From a virus (taxonomy: Duplodnaviria; Heunggongvirae; Uroviricota; Caudoviricetes), in the IMG/VR virus record IMGVR_UViG_2821091796_000001, positions 64,001 to 118,187 of that record: a stretch of 54,187 bases of DNA, one strand, 5' to 3'. Shown one piece after another: positions 8,339 to 17,703 of the stretch (position 1 is the stretch's first letter; every line of letters starts with the position of its first letter). The notes below the pieces were generated by a model that worked only from the letters and a program-made list of their open reading frames with translations, did no database searches and was not told where the DNA came from. The translations under genes and the position numbers were made by a program.

Positions 8339-10198
8339 ATGACTTCCGGATTTGACACAAAACGCTTTGTAGAAACCTACAATGATACAGTAAATTTCCC
8401 GAACCTAACTGAAGTCGCTCTTGAACTTGGAATCTCTTATCAGACTGTCCGGAACAGGGCAGCAATTCTGCGCGGACAGAAAAAGCGTGACGCGACCGTT
8501 CCGGAATTGGTATCACGCGTCGTTAGCGCAAAGAAACCGGATAATGACAACTACGTTTCGCCGAAAGAGCACGCAAAGATCCGCGCTGATCGTCTGCGTG
8601 GTGAGGTCTCTGCCCTGGTGCAGAAATCACGCTATCCAGTCATCAATCCCGAAGCCATTGTCGTCGAAAGCTATGTTTCGATCATCTATGACAGAATAAA
8701 CGGCATCACCGCCGAGAAGGAAGGCACGCCGCGCACGTGGCTGACAGATACGTTGCGCGTTGAAGGCATCGAGGATCCGCGCGGACGCAAGTTTATCTTC
8801 ACTTCTGCCCAGAACGACGCTGAGATCGATAGTCCATTCTGGAAGTCACTCAACACCTATGCAAATTTCATGGACGCCGACATCATTGTCGGTCCTTTGA
8901 CCTATGAGACCCAATGGTGGAGTGAAAACAACCCAACCTCGCGAAACTACGCTTCGGAACTCGAGGAATTCCTCTGCTTCGGCCAAATGGAGATCGGCAA
9001 GAACTTCGTTTTCTGCGGTGAAATGAACACGCTGCCGACCGCGCGCCGACCGATTTCGGATCTGACGACATACAGTCAAGGACGTTGGGCAGTGTTTCCG
9101 CATCCGATGCTTCAGCTCAAATCCATTCCTTCAACAGATCCGTCCGTTCAAGCACATCAGGTCATGACAACCGGTTCAGTCACCAAGCCGAAGATCATTC
9201 CGCGCAAGGCCGGTGTGAAGTCGATCTTCCATCAAGTGCTCGGCGCAACGATAGTCGAATTCGACCAAGACGGTGATGTGTTTTGCCGTCAGATTAACGC
9301 GGATGACGACGGCTCGTTCTATGAGCTGGAGTTCTTTGTCGATGGCGACCATATCGAACTTTGCGAAGGGCCTGTTGATGCAATCACGGCGGGCGACATT
9401 CATATCACCAAAGCCGATCCGAAGAATGTCGAGGCCACTTTCGGTTTCAATCCTAAAACCCATGCGCCGGTTGCAGGCTCACTCCTTGGAACGATCCGCA
9501 CCAAGAAGCTCTTTGCGCATGACATCCACGATAACGAGCGCCGCAATCATCACCATGTTCACGACAACGCCTATTCATTTGAAATGGCAGTGCGTGGTCG
9601 AGATAGCGTCCAAGAAGAGGTCGGCGAGACTGTTGATTTCCTTTCCTACCTGAAGCATCTGGTTGAAGAAGTGGTTGTCGTCGAATCCAATCACGATCTG
9701 GCCTTAGAGCGATATGTCCGCGAAGGGCGCTACCGAAATGACGGTATCAATATCCGCTACGGGATGAAACTCGAGGATGCCTATCTTGCCTGGCGCGAGG
9801 AAGCGGCGCTTGATCTCGACAGCGGCCGCAAGCCACGCACCTTCTCGTTGCTCGAATGGGCTGTGCGTGATCTCGGCGGTTCCGATCTGGACGGCATAAC
9901 TTGGGTGCATGACGGCCAGTCCCACAAGGTCAACGGCATCGAATGCGGTCATCATGGTTTTCGCGGCGCCAACGGTGCTCGAGGATCGGTTGCAGGCTAC
10001 GCGCAGCTCGGTGTTAAGATGACCATCGGCGATAAGCATTCCCCTGAGATCCTTGACGGCGTATATGTCGCCGGCGTCATGGCCCTTCAAATGGGCTATA
10101 ACAAAGGCCCGTCCGGTTGGGCTGTCACCAACGTAATTCAATATCCCAACGGAAAGCGCACTCTGGTAACTCTTCAGAACGGCAAATGGCGTGCTTGA
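8339..10198 (+). CDS. N-terminal HTH + calcineurin-like metallophosphoesterase
   Basis: LTEVALELGISYQTVRNRA HTH; GDIH, HDIHD, SNHD, GHHG and GDKHS metal-binding motifs; start chosen at ATG 8339. Confidence 0.75.
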   Translation: MTSGFDTKRFVETYNDTVNFPNLTEVALELGISYQTVRNRAAILRGQKKRDATVPELVSRVVSAKKPDNDNYVSPKEHAKIRADRLRGEVSALVQKSRYPVINPEAIVVESYVSIIYDRINGITAEKEGTPRTWLTDTLRVEGIEDPRGRKFIFTSAQNDAEIDSPFWKSLNTYANFMDADIIVGPLTYETQWWSENNPTSRNYASELEEFLCFGQMEIGKNFVFCGEMNTLPTARRPISDLTTYSQGRWAVFPHPMLQLKSIPSTDPSVQAHQVMTTGSVTKPKIIPRKAGVKSIFHQVLGATIVEFDQDGDVFCRQINADDDGSFYELEFFVDGDHIELCEGPVDAITAGDIHITKADPKNVEATFGFNPKTHAPVAGSLLGTIRTKKLFAHDIHDNERRNHHHVHDNAYSFEMAVRGRDSVQEEVGETVDFLSYLKHLVEEVVVVESNHDLALERYVREGRYRNDGINIRYGMKLEDAYLAWREEAALDLDSGRKPRTFSLLEWAVRDLGGSDLDGITWVHDGQSHKVNGIECGHHGFRGANGARGSVAGYAQLGVKMTIGDKHSPEILDGVYVAGVMALQMGYNKGPSGWAVTNVIQYPNGKRTLVTLQNGKWRA

Positions 10199-10200
10199 TA

Positions 10201-10220
10201 GTAAGTCATTATTGATTTAC
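10201..10220. promoter_or_regulatory. Palindromic operator copy 3
   Basis: GTAAGTCATTATTGATTTAC upstream of tail-fibre module. Confidence 0.85.
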
Positions 10221-10247
10221 TATTAATCACAATTTCTCGGAGATATT

Positions 10248-10598
10248 ATGAGCACTCGCAAGGTCAAATCCAAAGCAATTCGAGCCGGTTACGATTGGAG
10301 CATCCGCATCAACTTTGCAGGCTCGAGTGTCAGTTTCCCCTCGACGGCAACATTCGTTGCTCAAGTGCGCCGAGATCCGACGGCAACGGATATTCTTGCG
10401 ACGATGACGACGGCTGACCTCGGTGTGCAGCGCGTAGACACAAACACGATTGATCTTGTGCTCGCCGGCTACAAGACAGTCAACTGGCCCGAGCGCACCG
10501 CTTACATTGACGTGGTGCGCACTGACGGCGGAATTCAGCATCTTGGCTTCTCGCTTGCGGTTCCCGTTATCCTTCCAATTACTCGAGGCGTTTCATAA
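10248..10598 (+). CDS. Small virion/baseplate-like (BppU-N-like) protein
   Basis: GGAGA RBS; beta-rich 116 aa; TAATG-coupled to tail fibre. Confidence 0.5.
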   Translation: MSTRKVKSKAIRAGYDWSIRINFAGSSVSFPSTATFVAQVRRDPTATDILATMTTADLGVQRVDTNTIDLVLAGYKTVNWPERTAYIDVVRTDGGIQHLGFSLAVPVILPITRGVS

Positions 10599-13498
10599 TG
10601 GAAGAAATTCGCGTTAGCCTCGGCATTCAAGACTTAGATCTTGAGGGCAACGGTCCGGACATGGCCGAAATCACGATCAACACTGACGCCGCTTTGATCG
10701 AGATTACCGGTAATGGCCCAGACCAACCTGAAATCATCATTCAGCCGTCCGGTGCGCCTGGTCCAACCGGATCGATCACGCCTGAGCTTGTTGCTTTGCG
10801 CAACGAGGCAAATGCATCCCGCGATGCGGCGCATACCTCTGAAGTGAACTCTGCTGCGTCCGCGACGACGGCATCAGGCGCAAAGTCCGATGCGGCTGCA
10901 TCTGCGGCAGCCGCCAAGGCATCAAAGGATACCGCGGTGTCGTCGGAAGCCGGGGCCATCTCAGCAAAGAACGCCGCGTCCGCTTCGGCGACCGCAGCTT
11001 CTGGGTCCGCCACGTTGGCTGATCAAGCTGCTGATGACTCGGTTGCCGCACTTGCCGCATCCGAAACTGCTCGCGATGTAGCGGTTCAGGCTAAATCAGA
11101 TAGCGTGTCCGCCCGGAACGAGTCTGTTCAAGCTCGCGACCAAGCTGTGCAAACGGTGACCGATATTAATGCGGCACGCGACGCGGCAATTGCGGCGAAA
11201 AATGCTGCGGCAGCGAGCGAAACCAACAGTAAGGCCAGTTCCGAAAGCGCTTCAGCTTCCGCAGCTTCAGCCGGTTCGAGCAAGACTGCCGCTGAAACAG
11301 CGGCTACTTCCGCAAACGATGCGAAAGCCGCGGCAGCTCAGAGCCAAGCGAGTGCGCTAGAAAGCAAGAATACTGCCTCACAGGCGGCGTCCACGGCGAC
11401 AAGTGCGCGAGATAGTGCATTGGCCGCTCGCGCAGACGCAGCGGGTGCCAAAGATGGTGCCGTTACTGCGCGTGGAGAGGCCGAGGCATTCTCTCAGACG
11501 GCACTTCAGGCGAAGAGCGAAGCAGAAGCCTCGAAATCCTCAGCGCATCAATCCGCTCTCGACGCCGCAGCCAGTGCCACTCAAGTCGCTGACAAACAGG
11601 CAAAATCAGAAAAGAACCAACCTGGCGGATATGCTGGGTTGGATGCCACTGGTAAGCTCGATAAAGAACAGCTTCCGCCGCTAGGTGGCCTAGCTGGCAA
11701 AGAGAGTATTTCAACGGGCGATATCGATAATAAGGCGGTTACGCTTGCAAAGCAGGCCGACGTGGCGTCTGGCGTTATTATGGGCCGAGTATCAGCGGGC
11801 TCGGGCTCTCAAGAAGCGTTGACGAAAGCTCAGGTAAGAGATGCTCTCAGCATCTCCAACGTCAACAATACGTCCGATGCTGATAAGCCGATCTCGACTG
11901 CGCAGGCAGCTGTAAATGCTACCAAAGCGCCGCTCGCTTCGCCAGTTTTCACAGATACTCCAACAGTTCCGACTGCCGCAGTATCGAATGACAGCAAACA
12001 GATTGCGAACACCGCTTACGTTCAGCAGGAGCTGCGCAAGCTCATCGGCTCAGCTCCAGCCGAACTGGACACAATTTATGAACTTGCGGCAAAGCTGCAG
12101 GAGAGTGGATCCGCCATTGGTGCCATCAACACTAGCCTAGCGCTGAAGATGGAAAAGGCGAACAATCTTTCGGATCTGGCCGATGTTGCGGTCGCTCGCA
12201 CGAACCTTGGTCTCGGCACAGCGGCAACGAAAGCTGTTGCGGATTTTGCGGCTTCAACCCACGATCACGCTGCCGCTACCGCTTCGGCATCCGGATTTAT
12301 GACGTCCGCGCAATTCACCAAGCTTAGCGGGATCGAAGTAAATGCGGATGTAACCAAGCAGTCCAACGTAGTTGCGGCGCTCCAAACTCTAACCGTCATT
12401 GATCCTGCAGACTCAACAATGATGTTCGGTCAGGATCGAAAATGGACTTGGCTGTCCGCTAAGAACCTTTTGAAGAACTATTTTGATACCATCTATCAAA
12501 AGGCATTGGGATACGTTGCCGTGAATAAGGCCGGCGACACTATGACCGGCAATCTGTCCGTAAAGGTCGGAACAGGCGGCTCCGTCCAGCTGTGCGGCGC
12601 GGTAGATGCAAATCCTGGCTACGTTTCCTTCCATAAACCTGACGGGACTCGCGCCGGATATATCGGTTACTATAACGGCACGCGCGTTAACTTGGCAGCA
12701 GAGGGCGGATTTACCGGACACAACTTCAACGGTGACATAAATGTTGACGGTGGTCCGATCTATACAAAGAATGGCTTTTACGCACGAGCCCTATCTGCGG
12801 CTGCAAATGCTCATCTGTGGCTGCAAGGTCCAGGTAATGAAGATCGTGCCGTCATTTACGCGGATACTAACAACAATCTCAATCTCCGAGTTGCTGGCTG
12901 GGCAAACTGGCAAATTCGCGCAGATAATACGCTCGCAGGACATCCAAAGGCAGCCTGGATGGGGCAAAACGATGCTGGCGCTTCTTTACTAATTCAGAAC
13001 AATGGCGGCACAGGTGACGCCAATCTTGCGATGCAGGCCTTTGTTTGCACCGGCGCATACGGCATTAAAATAGGACTGCGCGCTGACGGATATTATGGTC
13101 TCGGCGGTTGGTCCGCTGCGCCGTGGCGTTGGTATTCCGCCCCGAGCGGCGACATGACAGCATCGGGAAACGTAATTGCATACTCTGATCCGCGCCTGAA
13201 AGACGATGTCAGTAATATTGAAAATGCTTTGGAAATCGTTCGAAAACTGAACGGTGTTCGCTTCACCTGGAATCACAAAACCAAATTGATCGGCCGACCG
13301 GGACAGCGAGATATCGGCGTTCTGGCTGACGAGGTTGAAGCCGTTCTTCCTGAGATCGTAGGTCGTTCAATGCCGGATCAGGACAATGACAATGAGGAAT
13401 GGAAGATGGTCGCTTACGACAAGATGGTGCCAGTCTTGATCGAAGCTATCAAGGAATTGGCTGAAAAAGTGGAGCGCCTCGAAAATGACGCTGCCTAG
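10598..13498 (+). CDS. Long tail fibre with Ala/Ser-rich shaft and C-terminal peptidase S74 intramolecular chaperone
   Basis: Stf-like ASA repeats; AYSDPRLK...GVLADEVEAVLPEIV...VAYDKMVPVLIEAIKEL S74 signature. Confidence 0.88.
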   Translation: MEEIRVSLGIQDLDLEGNGPDMAEITINTDAALIEITGNGPDQPEIIIQPSGAPGPTGSITPELVALRNEANASRDAAHTSEVNSAASATTASGAKSDAAASAAAAKASKDTAVSSEAGAISAKNAASASATAASGSATLADQAADDSVAALAASETARDVAVQAKSDSVSARNESVQARDQAVQTVTDINAARDAAIAAKNAAAASETNSKASSESASASAASAGSSKTAAETAATSANDAKAAAAQSQASALESKNTASQAASTATSARDSALAARADAAGAKDGAVTARGEAEAFSQTALQAKSEAEASKSSAHQSALDAAASATQVADKQAKSEKNQPGGYAGLDATGKLDKEQLPPLGGLAGKESISTGDIDNKAVTLAKQADVASGVIMGRVSAGSGSQEALTKAQVRDALSISNVNNTSDADKPISTAQAAVNATKAPLASPVFTDTPTVPTAAVSNDSKQIANTAYVQQELRKLIGSAPAELDTIYELAAKLQESGSAIGAINTSLALKMEKANNLSDLADVAVARTNLGLGTAATKAVADFAASTHDHAAATASASGFMTSAQFTKLSGIEVNADVTKQSNVVAALQTLTVIDPADSTMMFGQDRKWTWLSAKNLLKNYFDTIYQKALGYVAVNKAGDTMTGNLSVKVGTGGSVQLCGAVDANPGYVSFHKPDGTRAGYIGYYNGTRVNLAAEGGFTGHNFNGDINVDGGPIYTKNGFYARALSAAANAHLWLQGPGNEDRAVIYADTNNNLNLRVAGWANWQIRADNTLAGHPKAAWMGQNDAGASLLIQNNGGTGDANLAMQAFVCTGAYGIKIGLRADGYYGLGGWSAAPWRWYSAPSGDMTASGNVIAYSDPRLKDDVSNIENALEIVRKLNGVRFTWNHKTKLIGRPGQRDIGVLADEVEAVLPEIVGRSMPDQDNDNEEWKMVAYDKMVPVLIEAIKELAEKVERLENDAA

Positions 13499-13970
13499 TT
13501 CCGGCGCAATGCACGCCTGGATCATCAACGGTGAGCTAGGGCGTGCAGGAAACGCTTACTTTCATATGGGAGATGGTGCCACGCGTGCACTCGCAGGAGT
13601 TCCGTCCGGTGGTTATGGAATGAATAGCTTCTTCGGCAAGTCAGTCTATCGGGTTGCCACCATCACCTGCGGCACGGACACCGTAGGTGGATATGGTTAT
13701 TCCAGCGAAGGCATCCAGATGGGCAGCATGAACCAGCAGCCGGATCCAAGCAGGACAATCACGCAGGCGGGTTACAGTGTTGCTGGTCAGATCGTCATAG
13801 TGTTCGTTGGAAATCACGTAGCTTGGGCAAACTCCGTTAATGTGATCATCGACGGTGTGGCAAGATCTAAAAATGGTGCCACTTATGACAGCTATGATAG
13901 GACGTCGATCGTTCTACCAGGCTTTTACGGTTGGTTAAATGGCGAACAGCACACACTCACCTTCAGCTAA
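13485..13970 (+). CDS. Putative tail-fibre adhesin (gp38-N-like attachment domain)
   Basis: MTLPSSGAM..INGELGR..RALAGVPSG..MNSFFGKS N-terminus; directly follows an S74-containing fibre. Confidence 0.55.
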   Translation: MTLPSSGAMHAWIINGELGRAGNAYFHMGDGATRALAGVPSGGYGMNSFFGKSVYRVATITCGTDTVGGYGYSSEGIQMGSMNQQPDPSRTITQAGYSVAGQIVIVFVGNHVAWANSVNVIIDGVARSKNGATYDSYDRTSIVLPGFYGWLNGEQHTLTFS

Positions 13971-13994
13971 GACAATCTCCAGACTGGATAAATA

Positions 13995-14324
13995 ATGAAC
14001 TTTAAATTCCGTCGCGACTATCAGAACAAGCAGGATGAGACGATCACGGTCCTCTACATTCCAGAAGACGCGCGATGCAATCCGCTCGCGCTCGTATTCA
14101 AATATAGTGATTTCAAGACACAAGAAGAACTGGACCGCTTCATACTTGCGCACGCGCCCCTAGAAGCTTGGCAACGCGCCATCGACAACGCGAACCAAAT
14201 TGAGTTTGAGATTGGCAACGTCGAGGCGACTGCAGAAGACGTCCAAAAGGCGCGCGATGCGCTTGGGTCGACTGCGACTGACATGCAATCAACGGTCGAG
14301 CAAAATCTTGAGTCAAGTAATTAA
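13995..14324 (+). CDS. Hypothetical protein
   Basis: 109-aa ORF, co-oriented, last gene of fibre module. Confidence 0.6.
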   Translation: MNFKFRRDYQNKQDETITVLYIPEDARCNPLALVFKYSDFKTQEELDRFILAHAPLEAWQRAIDNANQIEFEIGNVEATAEDVQKARDALGSTATDMQSTVEQNLESSN

Positions 14325-14343
14325 TCAATCAACACTGACTTAT
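14324..14343. promoter_or_regulatory. Palindromic operator copy 4
   Basis: ATCAATCAACACTGACTTAT. Confidence 0.7.
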
Positions 14344-14352
14344 TTATTGTAG

Positions 14353-14372
14353 ATCAATCAACATTGATCGAC
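14353..14372. promoter_or_regulatory. Palindromic operator copy 5
   Basis: ATCAATCAACATTGATCGAC, tandem with copy 4. Confidence 0.7.
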
Positions 14373-14414
14373 TATCATGAGAGGGTAAATTGCATCTCCC
14401 ATTTGGAGCTTTCC

Positions 14415-15248
14415 ATGACATCCCAGAAGAGAAAACCCGTCGCTCGCCAAGATCGCCGGAGCAAACGCGATTATTCCAACGACAACTTTCTTACGCTGGT
14501 TAAAAAGGAGTCTGAACAGCGTCGCCGTCCGGTTCAAGCCATCAAGGGTGAAATCAAGCCGCTTAATGACAAGCAGCGGGCTTATGATGCCGCAATGAAA
14601 TCCTCCGATGTTGTATTCGGCATTGGACCAGCCGGCACAGGCAAGACCTGGTTCTCGGTCGTGCGTGCAGCGCAGGCTCTACGAGATGGAGAAATCGAAA
14701 AGATTGTTCTTACTCGTCCAGCCGTCGAGGCAGGGGAGACAATGGGCTTTCTACCTGGCGAACTAGAGGAGAAGTTCGAACCCTATATTCGCCCAGTGCG
14801 TGACGCTCTCGAGGAGGCTCTCGGCTCATCCCACGTTGAAATGTATTTAAAGAATGGCAAGATCGAGGCTCGGCCGCTTGCCTACCTACGTGGGGCTTCG
14901 ATTAAGAATGCCTGGCTAATCGCCGATGAAATGCAGAACGCGACCATTCCGCAATTTAAGATGCTTCTGACCCGTATCGGCGAAAGTTCCAAGTTCATCA
15001 TCAACGGCGATCCGCGCCAGAGCGATCTTCCGGCTGGCAAGTCCGGTCTCTTAGATGCTGTTCGCCGATCCAAGGGCTTCGCCGAGGTTTCGCTTGTCGA
15101 GTTCGGTCATGACGATATCGTCCGGTCTGGATTGTGCCAGAAATTTGCGCGTGCTTACGACACTCCTGAGAACGATTGCTATAACGCAGTATGTAATGAA
15201 ACAGACAGCGGATTGCATCGGACACTGACTTATGGAGTTAACACGTAA
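14415..15248 (+). CDS. phoH: PhoH family ATPase
   Basis: GPAGTGKT, LTRPAVE, GFLPG, AYLRG, DEMQN, GDPRQSD and DIVRS motifs; GGAG RBS before ATG 14415. Confidence 0.93.
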   Translation: MTSQKRKPVARQDRRSKRDYSNDNFLTLVKKESEQRRRPVQAIKGEIKPLNDKQRAYDAAMKSSDVVFGIGPAGTGKTWFSVVRAAQALRDGEIEKIVLTRPAVEAGETMGFLPGELEEKFEPYIRPVRDALEEALGSSHVEMYLKNGKIEARPLAYLRGASIKNAWLIADEMQNATIPQFKMLLTRIGESSKFIINGDPRQSDLPAGKSGLLDAVRRSKGFAEVSLVEFGHDDIVRSGLCQKFARAYDTPENDCYNAVCNETDSGLHRTLTYGVNT

Positions 15249-15948
15249 TACACATGACGCCAGAATGTCGCCCCTAGAGGACGACATTCTGGTTTGGCAC
15301 ATCGTCGGTAAACCTTTGCTTGAACACGAACTGGAGCTCTTCGCATCCAAGTGGTTCGACTATCGTGAATTGACCCCGCTCGCGGCAACCCGCCGTTACA
15401 TCGACGTTTACGGGGAAATCTACAAGCGCCATTTCGCCGAAAATCTGGACAGCAGAGCCGCTCAATATGTCAAACCACTCACTGTCGAAAAGGTGTTTGA
15501 CGGTCTTGCCCAAGGCTTGCGCAAATACAAGCGATGGTTCATCGGATTTTGGCGTGGCCGCCAGGTCGCTGACGCACTTGGGATGCCCTATCATCTCTAC
15601 ATCGACCTCGCACTGAAGTTCCGGATGCGATACTGGAATCAGCGCCACCTTCCACAGCCGGAACATCTATTTGGCGAACTCGACGTCGAGAAGATTCAAA
15701 AGCGTTGGGAGGAGATGCAGTCAACGCGTCTCTATCTGTCGGACGAGCCAGCTTACATAATGCAAAATTATCGCGGAATCGGCCATCAGGACGATTATCA
15801 CGAGTGGCTAATGAAGCAGGCGGGACTGCGTTCCAATCCGCCTGAGTTTCTGGCGCGTTTTGTCAATGACGACTTGCTGCCCTTGGAGAAGATTGAGAAC
15901 CGCTATGACGATTTCATGGTCGAGCGCGTCAATCGCTATCTCCAGTAA
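15232..15948 (+). CDS. Hypothetical phage protein
   Basis: 238-aa ORF overlapping phoH end; no recognised motif. Confidence 0.7.
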   Translation: MELTRNTHDARMSPLEDDILVWHIVGKPLLEHELELFASKWFDYRELTPLAATRRYIDVYGEIYKRHFAENLDSRAAQYVKPLTVEKVFDGLAQGLRKYKRWFIGFWRGRQVADALGMPYHLYIDLALKFRMRYWNQRHLPQPEHLFGELDVEKIQKRWEEMQSTRLYLSDEPAYIMQNYRGIGHQDDYHEWLMKQAGLRSNPPEFLARFVNDDLLPLEKIENRYDDFMVERVNRYLQ

Positions 15949-15973
15949 CACTCCTACGAGCAAACGCTATAAT
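15948..15973 (+). promoter_or_regulatory. Phage-type promoter (upstream of Hfq-like gene)
   Basis: ACACTCC-N11-GCTATAAT. Confidence 0.7.
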
Positions 15974-16008
15974 TGAACACAGACGCACGATAAGCGAAGG
16001 ATTTTGAT

Positions 16009-16341
16009 ATGCGCGAACAATTCAACAAACAACAGGTTTTCGACCTTCGAGACAAGCAGGCTGCACGTCCTGTGCGTCAGAAGCTCGGGTTTCCTGGCAA
16101 GAGCAAAGAGAAGCGCTGGTCCCATCAGGATGATCTGGATCGCCTCGTTGGTAAAGAAATCAGCGTTGCGATAATCCTGTCAGGTGTCGAAAAGTATGTG
16201 AAGGGCACGCTACTTGCTGCCGATCAATACTTCATCAAGCTATCACTTCCATTGGTGGATTTGATGACTGGCTCTCCGGTCGATAATTCTATTCGTGTAT
16301 ATAGTAAATCAATTATTATTTACTTTTCTGAGGTTAAGTAA
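16009..16341 (+). CDS. Sm/LSm-fold Hfq-like RNA-binding protein
   Basis: HQDDL..., VKGTLLAADQYFIKL and RVYSKSII align by eye with Hfq LQDPFL, LQGQIESFDQFVILL and MVYKHAI. Confidence 0.6.
   Translation: MREQFNKQQVFDLRDKQAARPVRQKLGFPGKSKEKRWSHQDDLDRLVGKEISVAIILSGVEKYVKGTLLAADQYFIKLSLPLVDLMTGSPVDNSIRVYSKSIIIYFSEVK
16304..16323. promoter_or_regulatory. Palindromic operator copy 6 (inside 3' end of Hfq-like CDS)
   Basis: GTAAATCAATTATTATTTAC, one mismatch, 18 nt before helicase start. Confidence 0.6.
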
Positions 16342-17703
16342 GTGTCGGAAGTCGAGGAGCTAGAAGCGCCAGCCACAGAGACGACGGAAACCGAGGCGAC
16401 GAAGTTCGACTTCGACAATGCTTTCCAGCGCAAGGTCGCGGCACTCACGATCCGCGACACGAAGTTTGCGCAACGCACAAAAGACCTGATCAAACCGGAG
16501 TATTTCACGGAAGACGCGATCGGCACGGTCGTCAGCATCGTTCATAATCACGTGAAGGATTACAAGGCGGTTCCGGATCTCTCGATTCTGCCAACAATCA
16601 TTCGCGATGCGATCAGAGCTAAGAAGATCCGTTCGGATCTGGTCGAGGGCGTGAAGGAGATCATCAAGTTCTCGCTGAAGGCTGATCTGTCGAACCCCTT
16701 GTTCGTTACCAACAAGGTAGTCGATTTTGCGCGTCATCGCGCAATCGAACAGGCAATGGTCGATAGCATTCCCCTTCTGGAGAAGGGTGACTTTAAAGCG
16801 ATCGAGGCGCTGCAAAAGAAAGCACACTCGGTTGGTGCCCAAGCTGATGGCCAAGACTACGATTATTTTGAAGAGATCGAGAGCAGAACCAAGCTGCGCG
16901 ATGACTTCAAACATGGCCGCATCCTCCGGCGAGGTATAACGACCGGCGTGTCCGAGCTCGATGCCCATCTTTATCATGGCGGATGGGGTCGGCAGGAAAT
17001 GTCGTTGCTCATGGGCGCCGCCAAATCCGGTAAGACGCTCGGCCTCGGTGAGTTCTCCAAGAACGCTTCTCTGGCCGGCCACAACTGTTTCTACGCATCC
17101 TGCGAAGTGTCTTGCGAGATTATCTCGGATCGTCTCGATGCCGCGCTCTCAGAGACCGCTATGCGGCTTTTGAAGGACGACTACGAGACCGTTAAGCGTA
17201 AGATTAAAGCGGCGCAGGCGAGGGCCGGCAAGCTTTTGATGCGCAACTTCGCTTCTGGTGCGCTGAAACCAAGTCAGTTGCACCGGATCATCGACCAGCT
17301 GCGCGCCGATGGAATCCTGATTGATCTGATCACGGTTGATTACGCGGACATCATGGCCGCTGAATATCGCTCGGACAATCTGATCGACAATATGCGCGCA
17401 ATCTATATCGACCTACGTGCGATCGCCTTTGAATTTGATGCTGCGATGCTCACCGCTACGCAAACGAACCGCGAAGGCGCCAAAGCCTCAACAGCGAAAG
17501 CCACAGACGTTGCGGAAGATTTCAACAAGATCCGGACAGCAGATGTGGTGATTTCAATCAATGCGTCGGAAGAAGAACGCAAGTCCAATGAGACGCGCCT
17601 CTTCTTTGCTGCCGCCCGTAACTCGGAAGACGGCTTTACGTTGCGTTTCCGCCAGGATCGCGAGCAGCTTCGGTTCATCAAGAGCTTTCTCGGGAAAGAG
17701 TAG
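16342..17703 (+). CDS. Replicative SF4 helicase (DnaB/gp41-like)
   Basis: Walker A GAAKSGKT, VDYADIM, TATQTNR, AEDFNK motifs. Confidence 0.9.
   Translation: MSEVEELEAPATETTETEATKFDFDNAFQRKVAALTIRDTKFAQRTKDLIKPEYFTEDAIGTVVSIVHNHVKDYKAVPDLSILPTIIRDAIRAKKIRSDLVEGVKEIIKFSLKADLSNPLFVTNKVVDFARHRAIEQAMVDSIPLLEKGDFKAIEALQKKAHSVGAQADGQDYDYFEEIESRTKLRDDFKHGRILRRGITTGVSELDAHLYHGGWGRQEMSLLMGAAKSGKTLGLGEFSKNASLAGHNCFYASCEVSCEIISDRLDAALSETAMRLLKDDYETVKRKIKAAQARAGKLLMRNFASGALKPSQLHRIIDQLRADGILIDLITVDYADIMAAEYRSDNLIDNMRAIYIDLRAIAFEFDAAMLTATQTNREGAKASTAKATDVAEDFNKIRTADVVISINASEEERKSNETRLFFAAARNSEDGFTLRFRQDREQLRFIKSFLGKE

Noticed and set aside
3885-13970. Diversity-generating retroelement acting on tail or fibre genes
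   Set aside because: No reverse transcriptase and no template/variable repeat pair seen in the window
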